Of a stretch of DNA of 25,669 nucleotides, positions 8,666 to 16,486 are shown in pieces; position 1 is the first letter of the stretch, and each line of letters begins with the position of its first letter. The notes under the pieces are model-generated. The model was not told where the DNA came from, searched no databases, and saw only the letters and a program-made list of their open reading frames with translations. A program made the position numbers and the translations under genes. Location: positions 1-25,669 of the forward strand of contig JBGSVZ010000063.1 of the NCBI GenBank assembly GCA_041752695.1. Reading direction: 5' to 3'. The stretch is from Terrimicrobiaceae bacterium. GTDB lineage: Bacteria > Verrucomicrobiota > Verrucomicrobiia > Chthoniobacterales > Terrimicrobiaceae.

Positions 8666-9577
8666 GTGGCTGAGAATGCAGGTCCACCGGCTGTGAAGGA
8701 TCCATCCGAGGAGCGCACGTGGCTCTTCGTGGGAGATTTTCTGTTCTATCTGCGTTTGCTTGCCCGGCAATTTGCCCATCTGGCACGCCAGCACGGTAAG
8801 GCGCGCAAAAACATGGTGATTGTTCCCGAGTCTTCCATGGCATGGGAGCAACTTGAGACCGGACGCTGCGAGGTGGTGTTGCTGGATTGCGCCGAGTCGA
8901 CCGAGTCGCAACTGGAATTTATCCGGTCCATGCGCACCCGCCATCCTTCGGTGCGCCGCGTGCTGGTTTCCGCCGCCCTAAACAAAAAGATGGAGTCGGA
9001 ACTGATGGAGGCCGGGGCGCACCTGTGTTTCTCCAAGCCCCGCAGCGGCGATGAGGCAGCCGCGGTCTTTCAACTGGTCGACGCCCTCTCCGGCAGCAAG
9101 GGATTTTATCCCAACGGCGCCTTCAAGGGCCTCGCACCGGCCCGGTTCATCCAGTTTCTCTGCGCCCGCAGTGAAAGCGGCAACGTGGTGATGGAGACGG
9201 AAAAAGGGGAGGCATCCCTCACGCTGGAGGACGGCCTCATTGTGGATGCCACCTTCGGTGACCTTCGCGGCAGCGACGCCGCGGCGACGATCCTCGCCCT
9301 CGATCGTACCGAGCGGTGCCACTTCAAGCACATGCTCACCTCCCAGTATCACACCATTCAGCTCAACACTCATCAGCTCTGGCTGGACTCTGATAAAATC
9401 AAAGCCACCCCGCCGCAAGAACCCTCCAAACGCAAAACCGCGCCCAGTAAATCCCTCGGCGAAACCATGGCCGGCCTCGACGCTCTCGACAAACTCTCCT
9501 TCAATATCAATCTGGAGACCGAAGAGCCCGCCACTCCCGGCAAAGAGGCCCCGAAGCAAAAGTCGCCTGGCAAATGA
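8666..9577 (+). CDS. Atypical response-regulator receiver domain plus DUF4388 (PatA-N-like) domain protein
   Basis: Receiver-like WLFVGD...VVLLD...VLVSA...AGAHLCFSKP, then G.FKGLAPARFIQFLCARSESG.V...G.IVDA.FGDLRGSDAA (DUF4388 pattern) and a Pro/Ser/Thr/Lys-rich tail. GTG start is uncertain. Confidence 0.75.
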   Translation: MAENAGPPAVKDPSEERTWLFVGDFLFYLRLLARQFAHLARQHGKARKNMVIVPESSMAWEQLETGRCEVVLLDCAESTESQLEFIRSMRTRHPSVRRVLVSAALNKKMESELMEAGAHLCFSKPRSGDEAAAVFQLVDALSGSKGFYPNGAFKGLAPARFIQFLCARSESGNVVMETEKGEASLTLEDGLIVDATFGDLRGSDAAATILALDRTERCHFKHMLTSQYHTIQLNTHQLWLDSDKIKATPPQEPSKRKTAPSKSLGETMAGLDALDKLSFNINLETEEPATPGKEAPKQKSPGK

Positions 9578-9636
9578 AGGGTTCGCGTTCGACGCTTGCC
9601 GCCCACGCGCCCGCTGTGTTTTTTTGACGCCCTGCC

Positions 9637-10494
9637 ATGTCCGCATTCCTTGATTCCGGCCGTCGATACGAACTTTGTGGGCTTCTAGGCCGCGGAGGTC
9701 TCGGCGAGGTTCTTCTCGCGACGGATACCCAGCTTGATCGCAAGGTTGCCATCAAACGACTCTACCAAAACCCCGAGGCGACCGCAGAAACTGCCGCCGC
9801 CGCCATCCGCGAGGCCCGGGTGCTTGCCTCGTTGCTGCACCCCAACGTCGTGGCGGTGTTCGATATTTTTGAATTTCTTGGTGACGTGCTGGTGGTGATG
9901 GAATACGTGCCCGGCCGCACCTTGCAGGAGATCGGGGATTTTGCACCCATGGCGCTCTCGGATTTTCTGGCAGTGGCCACGCAAAGCCTGCGCGGCCTCG
10001 CCGCCGCCCACGAACTCACCCTGCTTCATTGCGACATCAAGCCGAGCAACATCATGGTTGCGTCCGGCGCGGCCGCGGGCGGGTGGAAGGTCAAGGTGCT
10101 CGACTTTGGCCTGGCCCGTCTCGCCGAGGTCACCCAATCCCGCACCCCGGACGATCAGGAGCGCGAGTTGCTCGGCAGCATTTACACGATGGCTCCGGAA
10201 CAATTCGAAGAGGATCCCGTCGATACCCGCACAGACCTTTATTCGCTTGGCTGCGTGCTCTATTTTGTCCTCGCGGGTGCGTATCCTTTTGTCGGAGATT
10301 CTGTGGAGGCGGTGGTCAACGCCCACCTCAGCCACACCCTCATCCCCATCGGCGAGGCCCGGCCGGATTTACCCGAGCCCCTCGCGGAATGGGTGATGAA
10401 GCTGATGGAGAAAAAACCCGACGACCGTTTCCCCTCCGCCTACGATGCCCTCGATGATCTTCGTGTGATCATGAAAGGGATTCCGCAGACCTGA
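9637..10494 (+). CDS. Hanks-type Ser/Thr protein kinase (catalytic domain only)
   Basis: LGRGGLGEV, VAIK, HCDIKPSN, DFG, MAPE, DLYSLG, P.DRF. Confidence 0.93.
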   Translation: MSAFLDSGRRYELCGLLGRGGLGEVLLATDTQLDRKVAIKRLYQNPEATAETAAAAIREARVLASLLHPNVVAVFDIFEFLGDVLVVMEYVPGRTLQEIGDFAPMALSDFLAVATQSLRGLAAAHELTLLHCDIKPSNIMVASGAAAGGWKVKVLDFGLARLAEVTQSRTPDDQERELLGSIYTMAPEQFEEDPVDTRTDLYSLGCVLYFVLAGAYPFVGDSVEAVVNAHLSHTLIPIGEARPDLPEPLAEWVMKLMEKKPDDRFPSAYDALDDLRVIMKGIPQT

Positions 10495-10516
10495 GCGCAT
10501 TCAGTGAAAAAAGGGG

Positions 10517-12133
10517 TTAGCGTCCGGATATGGACGTTCGTGGCGTGTCGCCGGGATCCCATGGGACACCCCGAAATTCGTAGATGGCAAAGTCGTATCC
10601 GTAGTCGTGTCCGGCTCCAGGCACCCTGCGCGTCAACTCGAAAAGGGGTTTCCAATACCGGGCATCGGGCGGGCGCGCCTCAAAAGTCGGAAAATAGCCC
10701 CACGGGTCACCTGCTTTTCCGAAGATTCGATCGACGACCATAATGTCTCCCGCTTTCGCTTCGCCGTACGCCTGCCGCTCGTAGGCGAGCCTGGTCTCCC
10801 AAGCAGAGGCGATACACAAAGAATAAAGCCGGTAGTCCCGACTCCCGTCTTCCCTAGCCACATCCCAAAGTGAGGGCGGGATAAACACCCGCACATCCGC
10901 GGGCAAACGCCGGATTAAACCCCCGATTTCTGCCGGAAAATTCGGACAGCCAGCCTTGAAGAAAGCCAGCCAGCGAAACGGAAAAATGGCGACAAATCCG
11001 AGGGCGAGAATGGCCAATCCTGTCCTTGCCGCAAGAGAACAGACCCCGGGCCGTATCCATCCCACACCGGTTCCCAAGAGAATCGCCGCGAATGGCGTCC
11101 CGATCGTCAAGTAACTGTAGTTGGCGGAGCGGGTGAGAAGGAAAAGCGTGGGGACGGCCAGAGCGGCAAGAGGAAGCGCCCAGGCGCAGAAACGAATCGC
11201 CGGCTCGGACCGTTGACGCAACTTGAAGAAGACCCAAGGCACAGCCAAGGCGGCGGCTCCCCAGAGCCCGTATCCCAACACCCGGTATTCCCGGAGGTGC
11301 AACACGAGAGCCCAACGGCTGCCCTGATTGAAGCTGTTTTGCAGGGACAGGTTTCTCTGGAGCTGACCAAAAGCCTCCGGGAGGGCTGTGTAGTACGCAG
11401 CCAACGCAATCACCCCCAAGAGGAAACCCGCGGCGGGAACAAGCGCGGTGACCGCATATCGGCGATGAAAAACGACCCAGTCGATGCAAGCTAATCCCGC
11501 CAAACCCGCCGCCACCGCCATGCCGAAAGGATGGGAGCAGGCCGCTACGAACGCCCCCAGGAACGAGACCGCGAGCCACCGCCGGTACCCGCCGGAAGTC
11601 CTAGCGTCCTTGCCGGCCGTTTTGACCAGCGCCAGCAAAAGCGCGACCAGCGCCAGTACCACCAGGGCCTCGAACCGGCTTAACGCAAGACCGGCAATGA
11701 TCAGACGGTCCGAAAGAACGATCAGTGTGGCAGCCACCGAAACGGCCACACCTCGCGTGAGCGACCAGACCAATTTTCCGGCGAGAAACGCCGCGGCGAA
11801 TTGCATGACCAACATCAGCGAGGCATCGATCCAGCGCTCGAAGGGTATCCAGGCAAAGAGAGTTCCTCGCAGCCACATGGATCCCGGCCATTGGTGGCCC
11901 CACGTGGAGGAATAGGGAGGGAAGTCTCCCAACATCGGAACGTATAACGAAAACGGTCCCCGGGCGAATGCCAGGGGCAATCCATACATGACGGAGTCCG
12001 TATCGGGCGTCCGGAAGCGCACAATCAGGAACGCTGTTGAAACGATCCAGATGCCCAAAAGCGGCATCAGCACCCTCCTATCGACAAAGGGAAATTCGGA
12101 GAAGAGGAAGCGCCCGCCAAACCAAGATTTCAT
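10517..12133 (-). CDS. Polytopic membrane protein, probable GT-C fold (ArnT/PMT-like) glycosyltransferase
   Basis: Many TM helices, acidic PDTDSVMY motif after the first TM, internal RFE and SHP motifs, soluble C-terminal domain. ATG 12133 overlaps the hydrolase stop (ATGA). Confidence 0.6.
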   Translation of the reverse strand: MKSWFGGRFLFSEFPFVDRRVLMPLLGIWIVSTAFLIVRFRTPDTDSVMYGLPLAFARGPFSLYVPMLGDFPPYSSTWGHQWPGSMWLRGTLFAWIPFERWIDASLMLVMQFAAAFLAGKLVWSLTRGVAVSVAATLIVLSDRLIIAGLALSRFEALVVLALVALLLALVKTAGKDARTSGGYRRWLAVSFLGAFVAACSHPFGMAVAAGLAGLACIDWVVFHRRYAVTALVPAAGFLLGVIALAAYYTALPEAFGQLQRNLSLQNSFNQGSRWALVLHLREYRVLGYGLWGAAALAVPWVFFKLRQRSEPAIRFCAWALPLAALAVPTLFLLTRSANYSYLTIGTPFAAILLGTGVGWIRPGVCSLAARTGLAILALGFVAIFPFRWLAFFKAGCPNFPAEIGGLIRRLPADVRVFIPPSLWDVAREDGSRDYRLYSLCIASAWETRLAYERQAYGEAKAGDIMVVDRIFGKAGDPWGYFPTFEARPPDARYWKPLFELTRRVPGAGHDYGYDFAIYEFRGVPWDPGDTPRTSISGR

Positions 12134-13032
12134 TGGATCTGTTTCGTCTCCAGGTTCTGCCATCCGCGAGCAGAGGGCTCCGGGGCGGACTTCGCCTCCA
12201 GCCATGCCGCAATATCACGCAGCACCGCCTCCCGCTCCCAGTCGTTCCATAAACAATGATACGCCTCGGCGTAGAGCCGGTAGGTTTTGTCCGATGAGGC
12301 GAGTTGATCAAACCAAGCCCGCACCTGCTCGGCGCGAAGAAAAACATCGCGACCCGCCGCCAACACGAGACAGGGCGCGGTGATATCCCGGGCCATCGCT
12401 TCGCTGGAAGAAATCAAATCTCCCAGCGCGTTGAGAAAATGAAAGGTGAAGACCGGGATGGCGTACTCTGCGGAACGGACCCGGTGGAGATACTCTTTGT
12501 CGCGGGTCACCGGCAGGACTTCCTTTTTTCCCGAGACAAACCACGAGTGAGTGAATCTCACAGCGGGCAGCACGCAGGCCAGCAGTCGCACGGCCTGGCG
12601 CACCAGCCAGGGAGTTGGTTTGTGCAAATCCACCACCGGTGCGGAAAAGATTACCCCGGAGACCTCGATTTGACGCAACGCCACCGTCCGGCCGACGAGC
12701 AATGCCCCCATGCTTTCGCCGCAAAGAAAAACCGGAATCCGGGCGTGCCGTCCTGCCGCTTCGCGGGTGAAGGCGGCGATCTCCTCGCACAACGCCGGAA
12801 CATCCAGATAGTGTCCGCGACGCAGTCTGCGCGGGTCGTGCCCCTGCCCTCGCAAATTCAGTCCGTAGCAGGCAAAGCCGGCTCGTGTCGCCATTTCTGC
12901 CAGCGGCTCGAACTCATCCGCCGCCCCGCCCATCCCATGGACACAGACGAGTACGCCCCGGCACGCCCCCGGGGGCGTCCAGCTCTCACAGGGAAACACT
13001 TCACCGTCCGGGGCTGTCCACGCAAATCGCAT
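12130..13032 (-). CDS. Alpha/beta hydrolase, lysophospholipase / monoacylglycerol lipase-like
   Basis: VHGMGG oxyanion motif, LRGQG, nucleophile elbow GESMGA, catalytic Asp (GRD) and His (AYH). Start 13032 chosen; in-frame ATGs at 13086 and 13092 are alternatives. Confidence 0.88.
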   Translation of the reverse strand: MRFAWTAPDGEVFPCESWTPPGACRGVLVCVHGMGGAADEFEPLAEMATRAGFACYGLNLRGQGHDPRRLRRGHYLDVPALCEEIAAFTREAAGRHARIPVFLCGESMGALLVGRTVALRQIEVSGVIFSAPVVDLHKPTPWLVRQAVRLLACVLPAVRFTHSWFVSGKKEVLPVTRDKEYLHRVRSAEYAIPVFTFHFLNALGDLISSSEAMARDITAPCLVLAAGRDVFLRAEQVRAWFDQLASSDKTYRLYAEAYHCLWNDWEREAVLRDIAAWLEAKSAPEPSARGWQNLETKQIQ

Positions 13033-13084
13033 CTCCCGAAGATTCGGATTGCTTTTGCGACCCGCACGCAAGCAATTTCCCGGC

Positions 13085-13612
13085 ATGCGCATGTTTCTTT
13101 TCGGTCTCCTCGCCTTCACTGCCTCCCTCGCCAACGTGTCCGCCGGACGCCTTGATATCGCGGTCATCCAGTTTCCTGAAACCAAAACCCCCGAGGAACT
13201 CAACGCCGCCCTAGCCGGGCAGAGTCTTTTTGAAATCACGAATGCCAACCGCACCATGACCAAGGAATCCTATCTTAAAGGCGGCTACGTGCTTTTCGCC
13301 CAGAGCCTCACCGTGAACCGGGGTTCCGCATTTTCCAGCGCCACCCGCATCAAAAATGAACGCGCCGACGTTCAGGGCACCCTCTCCGCCAACACCCTCA
13401 GCCTTTCCATCGAACTCATGGAAGGCGTGAAAGCCGGCCTGCGCAGTTTTCAAAACAAACTCTACAGCGGATCCGCCGCGCTGCCGTCCGGTTCTCCGAA
13501 CGTCCTCAGCATTCGCACCATCCGGGGCAAAGCTCCCAAGGTGAACAAAGGCATCGCCAAGATGGAGACCTACGAACTGACCACCGCCACCATCGCGCAA
13601 TACACGCCCTGA
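13085..13612 (+). CDS. Hypothetical secreted protein
   Basis: Signal peptide MRMFLFGLLAFTASLANVSA, host-like codon usage, beta-rich mature region with no recognised family. Confidence 0.75.
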   Translation: MRMFLFGLLAFTASLANVSAGRLDIAVIQFPETKTPEELNAALAGQSLFEITNANRTMTKESYLKGGYVLFAQSLTVNRGSAFSSATRIKNERADVQGTLSANTLSLSIELMEGVKAGLRSFQNKLYSGSAALPSGSPNVLSIRTIRGKAPKVNKGIAKMETYELTTATIAQYTP

Positions 13613-13627
13613 TTGCGCAGCCAACAG

Positions 13628-13705
13628 ACTCTTACCCCTAAACCTGCCCATATTCCCGACTTTCAGGACGAGTAAGAGTAGGGGCAAGGGTAGGTGTGGG
13701 TGGGG
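13628..13705. repeat. Inverted degenerate hexamer (GRGTAR-like) repeat with G-rich right arm
   Basis: Right arm GAGTAA GAGTAG GGGCAA GGGTAG GTGTGG GTGGGG (13670-13705). Left arm 13628-13649 reverse-complements to GGGCAG GTTTAG GGGTAA GAGT. Confidence 0.6.
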
Positions 13706-13783
13706 CAAAACCTGATTCTCCCACTCCTCATTGACGCAGGATTTGCGCTCGCCGGATATTTCTGCACACTCTGTCGGGAATAT

Positions 13784-15175
13784 ATGGCCAACTACGATTT
13801 GATCGTCATCGGTGCAGGACCGGCAGGATATGTCGGAGCCATCCGCGCCACGCAACTGGGTAAAAAAGTCGCCGTCGTCGATTTCGAACGTGGAGGCGGC
13901 ACTTGCAACAACTGGGGCTGCATCCCGACCAAGGCCCTCCTGAAAAACGCCGAGGTGTACCACGATATCAAACACCGCGCCACCGAGTTTGGCCTCAAGG
14001 TGGACGGGCTCGATTTCGATTGGTCCACCATCATCAAACGCTCGCGCACGGTTTCCGAAAAAGGCTCCGCGGGCCTGGATTTCCTCTTTAAGAAAAACAA
14101 GATCGACTTCCTCCGCGGCACCGCCGTTCTCGACAAGGCCGGTCAGGTGACGGTGAAACAGGCCGACGGCAAGCAGGAGGTCCACACCGCTGCGAAAATT
14201 CTCATCGCCACCGGCTGCGTCTCCCGCCCGATGCCCGGGCTGCCATTTAATGGCAAAACCGTCATCGGCTCAAAAGAAGCCCTGCAACTCGCCGAACAGC
14301 CCAAGACCGTCGTCGTGATCGGCGCGGGGGCCATCGGCATCGAATTTGCCTATTTCTGGAACACCTTCGGCACAAAAGTCACCGTGGTCGAGATGCTCCC
14401 GAACATCCTCCCCGTCGAGGACACCGAGGTATCGCAGGCGCTGGAAAAATCGCTCTCGAAGCAGGGCATCACGCTGCTGACAAATCACAAAACGACCAAA
14501 ACCGAGGCCACGGACAAAGGTGTAAAAATCACCGTCGCCGACGCCAAGGGCACGGAAAAAACGCTCGAAGCCGACCTCGCCCTCGTGGCCATCGGCGTGT
14601 CTCCCGTGCTGCCGGGCGGAGCCCTCAAGGTTGGCCTGACGGATCGCGGTTACATCCAGATCAACGACAAATACGAGACGACCATCAAGGGCGTCTATGC
14701 CGCCGGCGACATCATTGGGCCGCCCTGGCTGGCGCACGTCGCCAGTTTCGAAGCCACCCAGGCCGTCGAGGGCATGTTTGTCACGGGTCACAAGCCGAAA
14801 AAAGTCACGCTCTTCCCGGGCTGCACGTATTGCCACCCGCAGGTCGCCAGCATGGGACTGACGGAGCGCGCCGCGAAAGAAAAAGGCCTCAAGTTCAAGG
14901 TTGGCAAATTCCCCTTCATGGCCAGCGGCAAAGCCCGCGCCATCGGGGAGTTGGACGGTTTCGTAAAACTCATTGTCGGGGAAAAACACGGCGAAATCCT
15001 CGGCGCCCACATTATTGGAGCCGATGCCACCGAAATGCTCGCCGAGTTGGGTCTCGCCATGCAGAGCGAGCTCACGCTCGAGGAGATTCACGCCACGATC
15101 CATGCCCACCCAACCCTCAGCGAATCCGTCCACGAAGCGGCGCTCGCGGCCGAAGGCCACCCGATCCATATGTAG
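13784..15175 (+). CDS. lpdA: Dihydrolipoyl dehydrogenase (E3)
   Basis: IGAGPAGY FAD motif, redox GGTCNNWGCIPTK, IGAGAIGIE NAD motif, AAGD, C-terminal HAHPTLSE. ATG at 13784. Confidence 0.96.
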   Translation: MANYDLIVIGAGPAGYVGAIRATQLGKKVAVVDFERGGGTCNNWGCIPTKALLKNAEVYHDIKHRATEFGLKVDGLDFDWSTIIKRSRTVSEKGSAGLDFLFKKNKIDFLRGTAVLDKAGQVTVKQADGKQEVHTAAKILIATGCVSRPMPGLPFNGKTVIGSKEALQLAEQPKTVVVIGAGAIGIEFAYFWNTFGTKVTVVEMLPNILPVEDTEVSQALEKSLSKQGITLLTNHKTTKTEATDKGVKITVADAKGTEKTLEADLALVAIGVSPVLPGGALKVGLTDRGYIQINDKYETTIKGVYAAGDIIGPPWLAHVASFEATQAVEGMFVTGHKPKKVTLFPGCTYCHPQVASMGLTERAAKEKGLKFKVGKFPFMASGKARAIGELDGFVKLIVGEKHGEILGAHIIGADATEMLAELGLAMQSELTLEEIHATIHAHPTLSESVHEAALAAEGHPIHM

Positions 15176-15181
15176 GATTCC

Positions 15182-15213
15182 ACGCGGGGTGGTCATCGCG
15201 CCGCCCCGCGTTT
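15182..15213 (+). terminator. GC-rich hairpin after lpdA (possible weak intrinsic terminator or RNA-stabilising stem)
   Basis: ACGCGGGGTGG, 8-nt loop, CCGCCCCGCGT (11 bp, one G-U), followed by only a short T run. Confidence 0.45.
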
Positions 15214-15223
15214 CCCTCCGCTC

Positions 15224-15760
15224 ATGACGCCCCCTCCCACCATCCGCGTCATCCAGGACTCTGACTGGCCGGCCATTGATCGCATCCAGCGGGAGTGTTT
15301 TCCGCCCAGTGCGATTGAGTCACGGGAGGTTCTGCAAAGCATCGCCCTCCATTCGCCCGCGAGCTGCCTCGTTGCCGAAACCGACATCCCACTCGGCTAC
15401 GTGCTGGCCCATCCCTGGTCTCGCGACGATCTGCCTCCGATCCAGGCGAAACTTCCCGGTCTCCCGCTAGGCGCCTCCAGCTTGTTTTTTCACGACCTCG
15501 CCGTGACACCCGCCGCGCGTGGCAGCGGTCTGGCCCATCGGATGGTGGAGGAAGTACTCCGTTGGGCGGGCCAGCGAGGGCTCACAGAGGGCTCCCTCAT
15601 TGCCGTGCAGGGGAGTCGGCTCTTCTGGGAACGCTATGGATTTCAAGAACGTCCCGAACTCACGGAGCGTTTTCGCCAAACGGTCAACCGAAACTACGGA
15701 CTGGATTTTGCGTTTATGACCACGCGTTTCGGAGCGGCCCCACCAATCGGCCAAACCTGA
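15224..15760 (+). CDS. GNAT family N-acetyltransferase
   Basis: HDLAVTPAARGSGLA acetyl-CoA motif A and FWERYGF motif B. Confidence 0.9.
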   Translation: MTPPPTIRVIQDSDWPAIDRIQRECFPPSAIESREVLQSIALHSPASCLVAETDIPLGYVLAHPWSRDDLPPIQAKLPGLPLGASSLFFHDLAVTPAARGSGLAHRMVEEVLRWAGQRGLTEGSLIAVQGSRLFWERYGFQERPELTERFRQTVNRNYGLDFAFMTTRFGAAPPIGQT

Positions 15761-15840
15761 AAACGGAAATAAGAGCCAAGGATTTAGGCGAAACCTTCAC
15801 CGGGAACTAGGACGACTGGACGGCACGTCTCGGATTGACG

Positions 15841-16479
15841 TCACGGCGAAAGACGCTCAATCCGCCACCCGCCGGGGTTGCGGAGGTACAAAAACCGGTC
15901 GTGCAAGCGGCTCACCCGACCTTGCCAGAATTCGATCGTCTCCGGCACGACACGGTAGCCACCCCAGAAATCCGGCAGCGGCACTTCGCCGTTGGCAAAT
16001 TTGCGCCGCATTTCCTCAAATTTCATTTCCAGAAGCTTGCGCGAGGAAACGACGCTGCTTTGCTGCGAGACCCACGCTCCGACCCGGCTGGAGAAAGGAC
16101 GGCTCACAAAATAGGCCAGACTTTCTGCCGCCGAGATCCGGGACGCGTTTCCGGAAATGGACACCTGACGCTCCAGCGGCAGCCAGGGAAAGAGCAGGGC
16201 GACCTGGGAGTTTTCCGCGATCTGGCGGGCCTTGACGCTGGAATAGTTGGTAAAAAAAACAAAACCCTTCTCGTCGTAGGCTTTCAAGAGCACGGTGCGC
16301 GCCGTGACCCGTCCCTCCGCGCCCGCCGTGGCTAGGGTCATCGCGTTCGGCTCACAAACTTTCCCGCTTTGCACGGCCTCTTCAAACCAACGGCGGAACT
16401 GGGCGACCGGATCACCCGCCAGATCGGTGCGATTTAATTCGCCCGCTTCATAACTCTGCCTCAAATCAGCGGGCTGCAT
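15841..16479 (-). CDS. pdxH: Pyridoxamine 5'-phosphate oxidase
   Basis: LRQSY, EPNAMTLATA, RTVLLK, FFTNYSSVK, LERQV, WGGYRVVPETIEFWQGRVSRLHDR, RLSP. ATG 16479 with GAAGGA upstream. Confidence 0.96.
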   Translation of the reverse strand: MQPADLRQSYEAGELNRTDLAGDPVAQFRRWFEEAVQSGKVCEPNAMTLATAGAEGRVTARTVLLKAYDEKGFVFFTNYSSVKARQIAENSQVALLFPWLPLERQVSISGNASRISAAESLAYFVSRPFSSRVGAWVSQQSSVVSSRKLLEMKFEEMRRKFANGEVPLPDFWGGYRVVPETIEFWQGRVSRLHDRFLYLRNPGGWRIERLSP

Positions 16480-16486
16480 GCGTCCT

